A stretch of DNA of 64,000 nucleotides from a virus. Below, piece by piece: positions 1 to 9,704 of this stretch. Position 1 is the first letter of the stretch, and each line of letters opens with the position of its first letter. The position numbers were made by a program, and so were the translations under genes. Location: IMG/VR virus record IMGVR_UViG_3300047564_006544, positions 1 through 64,000 of that record; one strand, given 5' to 3'. The notes below the pieces were generated by a model, which ran no database searches, was not told the origin of the DNA, and was given only the letters and a program-made list of their open reading frames with translations.

Positions 1-505
1 GGATTCTATCGCCATCTTCGCCAATACTATCTACCCAAAGAGTTCCTGTATTAAACTGCTTCATTGTTAAGTTATCTACTGCATTTCCGCTAGTTAACTT
101 ATTTTTTGAAATAAATCCACCTTTAGACGTTCTAATAAATCCTTCAAGTTTATCTTGAGAAAACTTTTTTACCTGACCTAATGATGGAAAAGCATGAAGA
201 ACTCTTATTGGTGGCTTTGTAAAAAGACCACTATTTGTAAAAAAAAGATCTATTGCTGCAGCCATCATAGTTGCACCAACCTGACGACCCTTCTTTATAA
301 CTACTGGTTTACCACCTTTTTGTGTTGCCTGTATTCCAATATATCGGTATACATCAACCATAAATTTCCAGCCATTACCTATTATTTTAAATTCACTTCC
401 ATCTATAGTTAAATTATTTTGAATAAAATAAGCAGGATCAAGATCTAAAAAAGAAGTTTTGATTTGCTCAAAAGTTTCTTTTTCTTTTTGTTTTAAATCA
501 CTCAT
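1..505 (-). CDS. terL: Terminase large subunit, N-terminal ATPase part (runs off the left edge; absent from the ORF track)
   Basis: Manual translation from ATG at 505: MSDLKQKEKETFEQIK...PVVIKKGRQVGATMM...VLHAFPSLGQVKKFSQDKLE...DGDRI. K-x-RQ-x-G-x-T Walker A variant and FP...KFS.D segment resemble GpA-type TerL. Confidence 0.8.
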   Translation of the reverse strand, partial: MSDLKQKEKETFEQIKTSFLDLDPAYFIQNNLTIDGSEFKIIGNGWKFMVDVYRYIGIQATQKGGKPVVIKKGRQVGATMMAAAIDLFFTNSGLFTKPPIRVLHAFPSLGQVKKFSQDKLEGFIRTSKGGFISKNKLTSGNAVDNLTMKQFNTGTLWVDSIGEDGDRI

Positions 506-523
506 AAAATAAATTTTACTTAT

Positions 524-1114
524 TTAAAATAAATTTGGCATTCCGTGTCTATAATAATCTGCCATATTCTCAAGAGGATTTGAATTATTATCTATACTTG
601 GCTTTACATAAATAACTTCTATTGAATCTGATTTTGGTGCTTTTTTGCTATTTATAAATGAGCTTAATTTTTTTGGTCTTATTCCAATTGATTCAAAATT
701 AAGGTCCTTGTTATCAACGCACCTTGCCAATATTTCTGGCTCAAGTAAATGAGGCTCTGATTCAATCATATCTGATATGTATTTTAAGACTGTTTTTAGA
801 GCAAGAACACGCTCTTTATCAGCATTTTTTTTGCAGATGCAGTTTTCTTTTGGCGCACCACATTTACATTTTTTTGATGACTTTGCTTTTTCTTTTGAAG
901 AACTTTCTTTTTTTAAATCTGAAACAGAAGAGAATCCAACACGAGATTTTATGTCTGCCATTTTTTCTTCTATTGTTGCAAACTTTTCTGTGCTAGCAGT
1001 TGCAATCGGTGGTGCTGGTGGATTATTTCTTGCCATTTTTGAAAAGAATTCATCAAGCCAACCTACGGTTGTATTGTATTTTTCTGTTTCATTTGTTCTT
1101 TTTATTTCAGACAT
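524..1114 (-). CDS. Hypothetical protein (late cluster; Cys cluster CKCG..NCIC)
   Basis: 196-aa ORF directly upstream of terL, same strand. Confidence 0.7.
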   Translation of the reverse strand: MSEIKRTNETEKYNTTVGWLDEFFSKMARNNPPAPPIATASTEKFATIEEKMADIKSRVGFSSVSDLKKESSSKEKAKSSKKCKCGAPKENCICKKNADKERVLALKTVLKYISDMIESEPHLLEPEILARCVDNKDLNFESIGIRPKKLSSFINSKKAPKSDSIEVIYVKPSIDNNSNPLENMADYYRHGMPNLF

Positions 1115-1123
1115 AATTAATTC

Positions 1124-2023
1124 CTATGCAAAATAGTTCTTTATGAACTCAATTCCGTGTCCTTTTACTCCATCTTTATTTTTCTTTGATGAGAAGGTTC
1201 CACGATCCTTAAATATTGGATAACCGCTGTCCATAATTACCTGCATAATTGCAAGCTCTTCACGATCTGTAAGTTCATATTTCTCCTTTAGAAAGTCATA
1301 AACTTCTTCTAATGGCTTTCCTCCAGATACAACAGAATTTATTATTATTCCAGCTATTGCTCTTTCAAATGGAGAAACAAAAAGTTGAAGCTTTGGGTGT
1401 GCCGCTACCTTCTTTATCTCGCCAGTTACCTCATGATTATATGCAATTTCAATTTCTTCTGCATACTTCATTATATCATCATCTAATCCAGCTTTTTTCT
1501 TTAGGCCTTTTTTAAATGCTTTATCTAGCTTCTTGATATGCTCCTTTAAAAGAAGTATATCTTTCATTACTTTTACTCTTATTTCTTCAAGCATTGCATC
1601 ATCAAGAACACCAGTTTCATCTTTTCTTACTGCTTCAGAAATTTCTTTTCCAAGATTAGTAAGCCACTTTACAGCTCTTTCTGCACCAACAATACTCTTT
1701 CCATCATGCTTTGGAATTTTTCCTGGATAAGAATCTTTTATATAGTCCATAAAACGATTAACTGCACGATCCTTTTCCCAGCTTTCATTTTTAATTGGCT
1801 TATCATCAGTATCATTTTCTTGCGATTCTAGTTCTCTTTCATAGTCTTCTTTATAAATTGTAGAGCCTGGAATTAGAGTGCCTACTTCTGGCTGAGGTGA
1901 AAAATCATCATATACTTCGCTATGCTGAAATCCATTATCAACAAGTAGAGATTCATCCTCAGCAAATGATACAATTCCATTGCTTTCTGAGTATGTTACA
2001 GAACCGTTTGATGATTTATACAT
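1124..2023 (-). CDS. Hypothetical putative head protein with K-x-A motifs
   Basis: 299 aa, AGGAG RBS; motifs LKKKAG, MKYAEE, IKKVAA. Confidence 0.7.
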   Translation of the reverse strand: MYKSSNGSVTYSESNGIVSFAEDESLLVDNGFQHSEVYDDFSPQPEVGTLIPGSTIYKEDYERELESQENDTDDKPIKNESWEKDRAVNRFMDYIKDSYPGKIPKHDGKSIVGAERAVKWLTNLGKEISEAVRKDETGVLDDAMLEEIRVKVMKDILLLKEHIKKLDKAFKKGLKKKAGLDDDIMKYAEEIEIAYNHEVTGEIKKVAAHPKLQLFVSPFERAIAGIIINSVVSGGKPLEEVYDFLKEKYELTDREELAIMQVIMDSGYPIFKDRGTFSSKKNKDGVKGHGIEFIKNYFA

Positions 2024-2031
2024 TATATCTC

Positions 2032-2424
2032 CTAATCAATTAAACTTATAATACCATAATATATGCTTCTAATATTATCATCAGAATAGTAGTTTACAGG
2101 ATAAGACTGATAAGACTTTGAATTTCCAATATATAGATTTGGATATATTGGGCTACCAGAAACAAAGCTATTTCCAGATAATCTTTTGTGCTCACCTGGA
2201 GTCCACTTACAATCAACCGCACCTCTTTTTTCCATTATAAGATCTGCAAATGGGCACTCTGATTTTTCTTCTATTGATAAAAATACTTCGTAATTTTCTT
2301 CCCTATCAGATTCACTAGAATCTTCGTTTATTTTCTTTAAAGAAAATACAGAATTTCCAATGCACTTACAGGCATCTGGAATTGGAAGTCCAAAAGGACA
2401 TTGTTTGTTTTTTCCTCTAATCAT
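2032..2424 (-). CDS. Cys-rich hypothetical protein
   Basis: 130 aa; CPFG..CKC, CPFA, VDCKW; CTATTAAT motif upstream. Confidence 0.7.
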   Translation of the reverse strand: MIRGKNKQCPFGLPIPDACKCIGNSVFSLKKINEDSSESDREENYEVFLSIEEKSECPFADLIMEKRGAVDCKWTPGEHKRLSGNSFVSGSPIYPNLYIGNSKSYQSYPVNYYSDDNIRSIYYGIISLID

Positions 2425-2442
2425 GATGTTTTTACAAAAAAT

Positions 2443-2450
2443 ATTAATAG
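2443..2450 (-). promoter_or_regulatory. Putative late promoter core CTATTAAT
   Basis: Same or near-identical 8-mer upstream of the genes starting at 8079, 15408, 55429 and 60238. Confidence 0.45.
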
Positions 2451-2453
2451 TAG

Positions 2454-3239
2454 TTAAGATAAATATTTTGACAGCATCTTATTTTTTATAAGATACTCTG
2501 AATAAAATCCAGAAAGAGGAATTAATTTGAATAATCCAAGATCAAATATATTTGATATTGCCAACTCAGAATTTGATTCAAATGCAATATTTATTTCATT
2601 TGTAATATAATTTGTTGTTAATCTATTGTTTAATATAACTTCAGAATTATCTCTAACATAATCAACTATGCTGCTGTCTATTGACAGTCCATATTGAGAT
2701 GATAATTTTATTGCCCTAAATATTCTTCTTGGATCATTTTTTATTGTTATTTCTGGTGGTATTGGTGTTCTTAATATTTTTGACTCAATATCTTGCATTC
2801 CTAATCCAGTTGGATCAAATATATCTCCTGTCTCAAAATCTTGATGCATAGAATTTATAGTAAAATCTCTAGAAAAAGATTCGACATACTTTATTTTTTC
2901 TGGATGATTTTTTTGAACCCATTCTTTTACCATTGGATGCTGATTGCTTAAAACACCAGGAGAAAAATCTATACCATTTCCATTATAAAAAACTCTAATA
3001 TGTTTATCTTCAAACATTTTAAAAGAAGCTTTTTTTATAAAAGAAAGAAGAATGCCGAGCCTTATACACTCACTTGACAGGGTTGTAATATCAATATCTC
3101 TATTTTTTATATTTTCATTTAAAAGATAATTTCTAACAATGCCGCCAACAATATAAGGCCTATCAATAGAATATTGGCCACTTAAACTTAAAAGTGTACT
3201 AAGAAAATCATTATAATCTTTTAAGTAATCAACTACCAA
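2454..3239 (-). CDS. tRNA nucleotidyltransferase / poly(A) polymerase family (class II NTase)
   Basis: YIVGGIVRNYLL, DIDITT, SRDFTINSM, IFDPTGLGMQDI, DPRRIFRAIK motifs. Confidence 0.85.
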   Translation of the reverse strand: MVVDYLKDYNDFLSTLLSLSGQYSIDRPYIVGGIVRNYLLNENIKNRDIDITTLSSECIRLGILLSFIKKASFKMFEDKHIRVFYNGNGIDFSPGVLSNQHPMVKEWVQKNHPEKIKYVESFSRDFTINSMHQDFETGDIFDPTGLGMQDIESKILRTPIPPEITIKNDPRRIFRAIKLSSQYGLSIDSSIVDYVRDNSEVILNNRLTTNYITNEINIAFESNSELAISNIFDLGLFKLIPLSGFYSEYLIKNKMLSKYLS

Positions 3240-3250
3240 TTTATCCTACC

Positions 3251-4639
3251 TTATTGTGGTGTCTGTGGTGTAATCTGCTGTTGTGCTGGCTGCTGTAGTT
3301 CTTGCTCTGCCTCAGCTCTTGCCATTTCCATTATTGCCTTATTATTTGATAACATACCTAGCATTTTTGTTACTCTGGTTAGGGCATAAGAATAAGATTC
3401 AATTAGCTTGCTCTGTGCTTCAGCTAACTCAGGAAACATTGATGCAATACCAATCTTATCTAGCATAATATCGAATTCTGCAAGGTATCTAATTACACGT
3501 CTATCTGATAGAGTTCCAGCAATCTGCTCAAGTTTTTTTGATGCGTCATCAACGTCAATATCGCCAGATAGAATCTGATCGTATTCACCCTTTGCTGGCC
3601 CAGGAACTGGCTCAACATCGCTTAATATTTCTTTTCCTTTTTCAATATTTTCTTTTTCCTGCTGCTTCTTTTGAAGCTGATCTGGAGATATTTCTTCTTG
3701 TGCTACTGTAGGCTCTACTACTGGAGTCTCAACTGGAGCAACCTCTTCTGGTGCAACTGGTGGTGCTGCTTCCTGAGAATACTTATACAATACGGAGGCA
3801 CCATCATTAAATCCAAGCTTCTTAAGCTGATTTGCTGCACGGAAACTCACATCGGATGCTGTTGATTGAAGTCTTATTTTCCCAACCTGAATATCCAACT
3901 TGTTTAAAACCTGAGATATTTCTTCATACTTCTCTGGCTCAACATAATCTTCACTTTCTTTTAAGATCTTATCAACTCTTCTTAGGGCAGTATTAAATTT
4001 TTTCTTCCAGTTTTTATAATTTAATTTTTTCTCACCCTGTTCTTTTGCACTATTTACTTGCTTATCATGATCCAATACATAGTCAGCCCCAATATAGTTT
4101 GAGGTAGAGGTATATGCATCACCAGTTGCGCTTAATGGAAGTTGATATGATGCAGTCTTTACGTTGTATCTCAAGTGCTCTCCTTGGTTATAATATTTTA
4201 ACCAATTTAAAAAGTTTTTCTTTTCTTCTTCATCTTTAAAAATATTACTAGAATATTTTTTTACAGCATCGTTATAGTCTAAACCATCCCTGAATGTCGA
4301 TTCATAAATGCTATGAACACATGCTGCCCATTTTTGCAAATCATACCCAAAGAATGGATCTTTAAAAAAATAATTCTCCATCATTGGATATGCTTTCTTT
4401 TTTATTTGATTATCTCCAATTAACAATGAAGTTACAAAAAAATAAAAATCATTTTTTGTATTTAGCTTATTTATAATATCTTTATTTTGCCAGGCCTTTT
4501 TAACAAAAGAGCTGTGGTTTTTGCCAATCAAATTTCTTGATGCAACTTTTAATTTAAAATAATTTTTTATTTCAGATTCATCTACATCTTTTGGTAGATT
4601 TTTTAAAAAATTATCAATTGGATGATTATATTTTTTCAT
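3251..4639 (-). CDS. Hypothetical putative head protein with multiple K-x-A motifs
   Basis: 462 aa; LKVASR, VKKAWQ, KKKAYP, VKTASY, and AANQLKKLGFNDGASVLYKYSQ followed by a P/E-rich linker. Confidence 0.7.
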   Translation of the reverse strand: MKKYNHPIDNFLKNLPKDVDESEIKNYFKLKVASRNLIGKNHSSFVKKAWQNKDIINKLNTKNDFYFFVTSLLIGDNQIKKKAYPMMENYFFKDPFFGYDLQKWAACVHSIYESTFRDGLDYNDAVKKYSSNIFKDEEEKKNFLNWLKYYNQGEHLRYNVKTASYQLPLSATGDAYTSTSNYIGADYVLDHDKQVNSAKEQGEKKLNYKNWKKKFNTALRRVDKILKESEDYVEPEKYEEISQVLNKLDIQVGKIRLQSTASDVSFRAANQLKKLGFNDGASVLYKYSQEAAPPVAPEEVAPVETPVVEPTVAQEEISPDQLQKKQQEKENIEKGKEILSDVEPVPGPAKGEYDQILSGDIDVDDASKKLEQIAGTLSDRRVIRYLAEFDIMLDKIGIASMFPELAEAQSKLIESYSYALTRVTKMLGMLSNNKAIMEMARAEAEQELQQPAQQQITPQTPQ

Positions 4640-4643
4640 GTAC

Positions 4644-4898
4644 TTATAATTTTTCTATTAGTTCATTTACTTTTTTAAGATAAACATTCTTTTTTGCTGG
4701 ATCGAGTGAATTAAAAGCAGGATCTCTAGATATACCTTCTAATGCTTTTTTTATAAAATCATTTGATAGCTCTGGATCTGTATATCCAAGTTTTTCTTTT
4801 ATCCAATTTCTTATTGATATTTCACTATTTAAATCAGATATTTTTATCATAATGCTACCAGCTGGGGCATTGGAATTTTGACTAGACTTCTTCTGCAT
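4644..4898 (-). CDS. Hypothetical protein (starts MQKKSSQ)
   Basis: 84 aa, GAGGTG RBS, overlaps the upstream gene. Confidence 0.65.
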   Translation of the reverse strand: MQKKSSQNSNAPAGSIMIKISDLNSEISIRNWIKEKLGYTDPELSNDFIKKALEGISRDPAFNSLDPAKKNVYLKKVNELIEKL

Positions 4899-5583
4899 CT
4901 GACACCTCTATTAAGTATTGATTATATTCTGGAGAATCATGTTTTAAATTAGACATTCTATAGTTTAATCTTTCCATAAAAATTAATATAAGTGCAGGAT
5001 CCATATCTTTTAAAACATCAATAACTACTTCTTTCATTATTTTTATTTGATCATTTACAATATTTACGTTTAGATTATGTTCAATTTTTTTATCGGCAAA
5101 TCCTTCAATATACTTTTTCCAATCCTGCATGATTGATCTCATCATATTTAAATATTCTAAAAATACCCTATCATGCTTTATGTTTCCACCGGCAGCAACT
5201 GTATTGTAATAGAACTCCATTCTTGATGAAATAAGCCTTTCCATTTCAAGAAGCTTTCTTTGAACGTCCATTTCATTTGATACAATTTCATTTATCTTTT
5301 TTTGATACTCAGAAGAATTTGATACTGCTAATTTTAATTCATTTTCTTCTGATATTAGATCATCAGATTTCTTTTTTGACTTTATATCTTCAAGAAGATC
5401 TCCCTTTATATTTAGATGCTCTGATCTAAATTTTTGCAAAGTCATATATGATATGTGGAGTCTTCTTTTTTTTGGATATTTCTTTTTTAACCATGCATCA
5501 ACCTGCTTAACTGATTCACCGTTAAGCAGCATTTTTATTATTTCTTCTTTATCTGGATGTCTAGCTACTTTGTTTGATTCCAT
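4882..5583 (-). CDS. Putative terminase small subunit / HTH DNA-binding protein
   Basis: N-terminal HTH-like segment (HPDKEEIIKMLLNGESVKQVDAWLKK...ISYMTLQKF) followed by helical oligomerisation-like region; about 4.4 kb from terL. Confidence 0.4.
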   Translation of the reverse strand: MESNKVARHPDKEEIIKMLLNGESVKQVDAWLKKKYPKKRRLHISYMTLQKFRSEHLNIKGDLLEDIKSKKKSDDLISEENELKLAVSNSSEYQKKINEIVSNEMDVQRKLLEMERLISSRMEFYYNTVAAGGNIKHDRVFLEYLNMMRSIMQDWKKYIEGFADKKIEHNLNVNIVNDQIKIMKEVVIDVLKDMDPALILIFMERLNYRMSNLKHDSPEYNQYLIEVSDAEEV

Positions 5584-5595
5584 TTTTTTCCTAAA

Positions 5596-5623
5596 AAAAT
5601 AAGCCCATGAATAGGCTTATTTT
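5596..5623 (-). terminator. Intrinsic terminator
   Basis: AAAATAAGCC-N8-GGCTTATTTT inverted repeat with T-run on the minus strand. Confidence 0.7.
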
Positions 5624-5641
5624 ACGAAATATCAGAGTGTT

Positions 5642-6040
5642 TTATCTTGAAAAGATTTTTGTCTGATTTGAGACAGATGTTGGAGAGAAAGATCTTCCAT
5701 CACTTGTCTTAAAGCCCTCGTTGTAATTGAATACCTGCTTGGTGTATGGATTTACCCTTACACCGTCAGATGGAACTGCTGCCTGAACTCCTGGCATATC
5801 TGGAGCGTACCTTGTTGATAGTGAGTGATTTCCCTCGGAAATAATTGGCTTATAGTCTGGATGCTCGCCAAATACACCATATCTTTTTTCTGGATCTACT
5901 TTTGGAAGATCCATTTCGTCAAGAATATCAAATCTATTTTTGTATTCAATTACATTATTTCTTGGCTCCTGAAGAATTCCAGTGACCTGTGCAACCTTGT
6001 ATAATCTTTCTAATGCTTTTGCTCTTTCTGCTTTGTTCAT
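5642..6040 (-). CDS. Hypothetical putative virion protein
   Basis: 132 aa; N-terminal LERLYKVAQ motif. Confidence 0.7.
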   Translation of the reverse strand: MNKAERAKALERLYKVAQVTGILQEPRNNVIEYKNRFDILDEMDLPKVDPEKRYGVFGEHPDYKPIISEGNHSLSTRYAPDMPGVQAAVPSDGVRVNPYTKQVFNYNEGFKTSDGRSFSPTSVSNQTKIFSR

Positions 6041-6042
6041 TT

Positions 6043-7599
6043 TTAGCTCATTACAATCTTGCTTGTTGAAATTACAGTGCCTTCGATTGAATCAAGTCCT
6101 CTTTTTTCATTTCTGAACTTTGGAACTGGACGACCCCTTTCATCAAAGGCTATTTTGCTGAGGGGAAGACCAAGCTTTGGACAGAACCATTCTACAGAGT
6201 TTCTTGTACGAATTAAATCACCACGCTTTACGGCTTCTTTTATAAGATCCTGGTTGAATGACTGTGATGCTGTCTTAATCATCTTCTGGAAGTCTTCTAG
6301 TGCCATCTTAAATCTTTCTGGACCAAACTTTGTGCCTATTGTAGATAATGCGTCTTCTGAAGCCTTATAATCCTTCTTTGCAACGCCATCTATAACAACA
6401 TCCATAAGCTGAGCATAAGATAGTTTTCCTAGTTCGTCTGACTCTCTGGAGAATGCGGCATTATTTACCTGTCTTGCTCCAGCTAAAAATTCTGAATAAC
6501 CAGAAGTTGAGAAGTCATATTTTGAATTTCCTGATGCAAACTCTGATGGCATAAGAACCTTCTCTCCTACCATCTCAACAGGAACTACAAAACTTCTCTC
6601 TCCTGCTGATGTTGCGGTCTTTACCATGAAGGACATGCCTTTCTTGCTTGTTCCAGAGAACTTTACCTGAGCTCTTGCACCCCAAGATGAAACTTCTGTT
6701 GATACAACAGAATGTGCTAGCTTAATCTGTGCTGGAGAGTATTTTGATGAGGCAAGAAGGACCTCTTCTGACATTTCAAATTTCTCTTTTAATCCTGTTG
6801 GTGCAGCAACAGATGGAATTGATACAGATTCAGTCTGTCTAAGATCTGCATATTTAGAAAGATTTGTGTCTTTCTGTTTTTTCTGTGCAGTCTTTAGTGT
6901 TACAAGAACATTTTCTTTATTTAGCTTTACAAGGTTACCTTCAGAAACAACTTCGGATGGAATTCCAACAGCTCCATTAGATACCTGAACTGGTATACTG
7001 ACATAGCTTGTTGTAAAATCTGGATTTTTGTAATAAGCATTACAAAGTATGTAGTGGTCATTTCCAGTTACAGTCTTTACCATATCTGGCTTAATTCCCA
7101 TTGAATTAAGCTCTAATGTAACTAGTCTTTCTGCTTTCTTTACTAAGTTCTTATTATAAGTTCCAGAGTCATCATTTGAGCCAAATGAAAATAATACTGA
7201 GAATGCATCAGATAGCGGAGTTGTACCGGTTAATGATACTGCCTTTTGCATATCTGCTGCTGTCTTTGATATTTCTGTTTTCTTTGGCTCTGGTAGCTTT
7301 CCATAGCCATCACGAAGTAAGTCGCCAAGCTCGTCACGAAATGCAGTTGCTCCACCGGAAATATTTGAGAACCTATCATAAAGAGAGGTAATTTCATTTT
7401 GTGTTATATATTGCTGTCTTGAAGCAACTTTTTTAATAACACTTCTCATATTTCCAATTACTTGGTCTTTTTGGTTATTTTCCCAGGCAGTATCAAATCT
7501 GCTTAATACATAATTACTAGGATATTCTCTTCCTATTTCTAATGAGCGTAGAGCACTTTCTGCTTGTTTCTTTAAAAGTTTTAATGACATAGTTTTCAC
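6043..7599 (-). CDS. Hypothetical putative head protein with many K-x-A motifs
   Basis: 518 aa; IKKVAS, SKTAAD, VKKAER, LKTAQK, SKYADL, VKTATS, IKTASQ. Confidence 0.7.
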   Translation of the reverse strand: MKTMSLKLLKKQAESALRSLEIGREYPSNYVLSRFDTAWENNQKDQVIGNMRSVIKKVASRQQYITQNEITSLYDRFSNISGGATAFRDELGDLLRDGYGKLPEPKKTEISKTAADMQKAVSLTGTTPLSDAFSVLFSFGSNDDSGTYNKNLVKKAERLVTLELNSMGIKPDMVKTVTGNDHYILCNAYYKNPDFTTSYVSIPVQVSNGAVGIPSEVVSEGNLVKLNKENVLVTLKTAQKKQKDTNLSKYADLRQTESVSIPSVAAPTGLKEKFEMSEEVLLASSKYSPAQIKLAHSVVSTEVSSWGARAQVKFSGTSKKGMSFMVKTATSAGERSFVVPVEMVGEKVLMPSEFASGNSKYDFSTSGYSEFLAGARQVNNAAFSRESDELGKLSYAQLMDVVIDGVAKKDYKASEDALSTIGTKFGPERFKMALEDFQKMIKTASQSFNQDLIKEAVKRGDLIRTRNSVEWFCPKLGLPLSKIAFDERGRPVPKFRNEKRGLDSIEGTVISTSKIVMS

Positions 7600-8079
7600 C
7601 TAAATAAATTTTTTCAATTCTGGAAAAGTTGAGACAAGAGCTTCTCTTTTTGTATGAGGCTGATCATTTAGAAGTTCTTTTACAAATGAGTTGTCAGAAG
7701 ATGTTTTTTCTATCAATGCTGATTTAAAAATAGAAATATCATCAGATGAAAATCCATATTCATCTGATGAGAATCTTGTTATTGGAATATTCTTATATGA
7801 CAAAGTCACATTTCTTTTGTCATAATCAGAGATTACTTCCCAATCTCCATTTTTTCTAGTCTCAAACTGTGGGTTAGATGCTCTAACTAAATGTGGTTTG
7901 CCATCAATATCTTGTAAGGCCCACAATCCATCATATGGATCATCTGCAACCTTAAATCTATCAAAAGCAACCTTTTTAAATGAAATAGATTTACTTATTT
8001 CAATTTGGTCTTTTACGCCCAAATCTGAAGATTGTTTTTTTGCAAGCTTAATTAAGATATCGTCTAAATAACTAGACAT
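7600..8079 (-). CDS. Hypothetical putative virion protein
   Basis: 159 aa; LIKLAK, FKKVAF; first gene of the cluster, CTATTAAT twice upstream. Confidence 0.7.
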   Translation of the reverse strand: MSSYLDDILIKLAKKQSSDLGVKDQIEISKSISFKKVAFDRFKVADDPYDGLWALQDIDGKPHLVRASNPQFETRKNGDWEVISDYDKRNVTLSYKNIPITRFSSDEYGFSSDDISIFKSALIEKTSSDNSFVKELLNDQPHTKREALVSTFPELKKFI

Positions 8080-8107
8080 ATGGAAACCTCTGAAGATACT
8101 TTGCTTT

Positions 8108-8159
8108 ATTAATAGAAAGAGTTTGCATGAAAATATAATATAATTTATATAATTAATAG
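8108..8159 (-). promoter_or_regulatory. Two copies of the putative late promoter CTATTAAT (8108-8115, 8152-8159)
   Basis: Intergenic, at the head of the late cluster. Confidence 0.45.
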
Positions 8160-8160
8160 T

Positions 8161-8601
8161 TTAATCAATCTTCTTTCTTAGTGCTTCCATTTCTAGCAAT
8201 ATTTCCTGTATTTTTTCATTATTTTTGCAAATTTTTTTTAATTTTTTAAAAATACCACCATATCTTTTTTTATCATTTCTATAATCAAGATTGCCACGCA
8301 AGGCTTTGTGAACCGCAGATTGAGTTATTCCAAGGTGCTCTGCTATCTCATTTTGTGTCTTGCCCATAAGAATCATAAATAAAACTTTTTTTTGATGCTC
8401 AGTAAGCATCTCACTATTTACAACAGAGTAAACTTCTTCAAGAAGTTTTTCTCTTAGGTCTAATAGCTCTTCAGAATAAGAATTATCAGATAAAATTCCG
8501 CCTATACCTTTTTCTTCTGAAAAATTATTTAGTTTAGATTGATCAAATGCAACCTCAACTATTTTATACTGATAATTCTTACTTTTTAATTTCATTACCA
8601 C
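8161..8601 (-). CDS. Sigma-70 region-4-like HTH protein
   Basis: LTEHQKKVLFMILMGKTQNEIAEHLGITQSAVHKAL; no region 2. Confidence 0.75.
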   Translation of the reverse strand: MVMKLKSKNYQYKIVEVAFDQSKLNNFSEEKGIGGILSDNSYSEELLDLREKLLEEVYSVVNSEMLTEHQKKVLFMILMGKTQNEIAEHLGITQSAVHKALRGNLDYRNDKKRYGGIFKKLKKICKNNEKIQEILLEMEALRKKID

Positions 8602-9353
8602 TCCATTGGAATAATACTCTCTATTTCACTATGAAAGTCATCGAGAGATTTTTTACTATCTAAAAAGTACTCTCCCGCATCTTTATAATCTAATGGAAGT
8701 TTCAAAAATCTAAGTTTTATTCCTTTATTTATATATTTATTATAAATGGCCTCTGCAGATTTCTGTCCAGGCTCATCTCCATCTAAAAGGACTGATATTT
8801 TATCAGTATATCTTGCAAGCTTTACAAAGTGATTTTTTGAAAATCCAGTTCCGCATACGGCCACAGTATTTTTTATGCCAGCATCATACATGCTGATTTG
8901 ATCAAAGTAGCCCTCAACAACATATGCGTTTTGATTTAGTAGAATGTCAGCTCTTGCAAGATTTAATCCAAATAAATAGTTTGTCTTTTTAAATTTTGAA
9001 TTTTTATACTTTGGAATTCCAACTATCTCTCTTTCCTCACTTGAGAGCATACATCTTCCGGCCATTGCTACTGGCACACCATAATCATCATAGATTGGAA
9101 ATGTTATTGAATAATAATTTGAAAACTGACTGCTGCCATCATAATCCATGAGACCAGCTGATTTCAAAAAATCATCAGAAACATAATTTGTAAGTTTATT
9201 TATATTTCTTGGAAAGAAACCAATCTTATACTTTTGAAAAGCATCAACGGAGAGATTTCTCTCTCCGAAGATATAGTCCTTTCCAAGCTTTGTTTTTTTG
9301 AGATTGTCGTGACAAATCTCAATTAGTTTTGTTAGCTCCTGGACCTCGTTCAT
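8595..9353 (-). CDS. dnaG: DNA primase catalytic (RPD/TOPRIM) domain, lacking the zinc-binding domain
   Basis: ITFPIYD..G..VAMAGR, PKYKNS, YVVEGYFDQISM, NTVAVCGT, LLDGDEPGQKSA, KDAGEY. Confidence 0.85.
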   Translation of the reverse strand: MNEVQELTKLIEICHDNLKKTKLGKDYIFGERNLSVDAFQKYKIGFFPRNINKLTNYVSDDFLKSAGLMDYDGSSQFSNYYSITFPIYDDYGVPVAMAGRCMLSSEEREIVGIPKYKNSKFKKTNYLFGLNLARADILLNQNAYVVEGYFDQISMYDAGIKNTVAVCGTGFSKNHFVKLARYTDKISVLLDGDEPGQKSAEAIYNKYINKGIKLRFLKLPLDYKDAGEYFLDSKKSLDDFHSEIESIIPMEW

Positions 9354-9702
9354 CTGACTCCTCTAGTTTGCTTAGTGTGGGTGAGATTTTTTCCATTGCA
9401 TTTGCCATTATTTCGCTAATTAAGATTGTACAGTTTTTTGTCTGGCAATCCTTTCCGTATGCTACTCCATTCACCACAACAGTCTCTACTTTTTTATGGC
9501 AGTTCTTGCAATCAAACATAAATGCTTTTTTTGCAGGAGTTACAATATCTTTATTTTGTTTCATACTTTGCTTTGTAAATGAAGATATTCCAACAATATC
9601 ATCACCACAAAGCTTGCATACAACCTCATTTCTTTCTACATCTAGGGATCCATCAGTTCTTCCATCTGACTTTTTACATCTTGGATTGCAGCTTACTAGC
9701 AT
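9319..9702 (-). CDS. Zinc-binding hypothetical protein
   Basis: CNPRC, CKLC, CKNC, CQTKNC; overlaps the primase start. Confidence 0.7.
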   Translation of the reverse strand: MLVSCNPRCKKSDGRTDGSLDVERNEVVCKLCGDDIVGISSFTKQSMKQNKDIVTPAKKAFMFDCKNCHKKVETVVVNGVAYGKDCQTKNCTILISEIMANAMEKISPTLSKLEESDERGPGANKTN

Positions 9703-9704
9703 CT

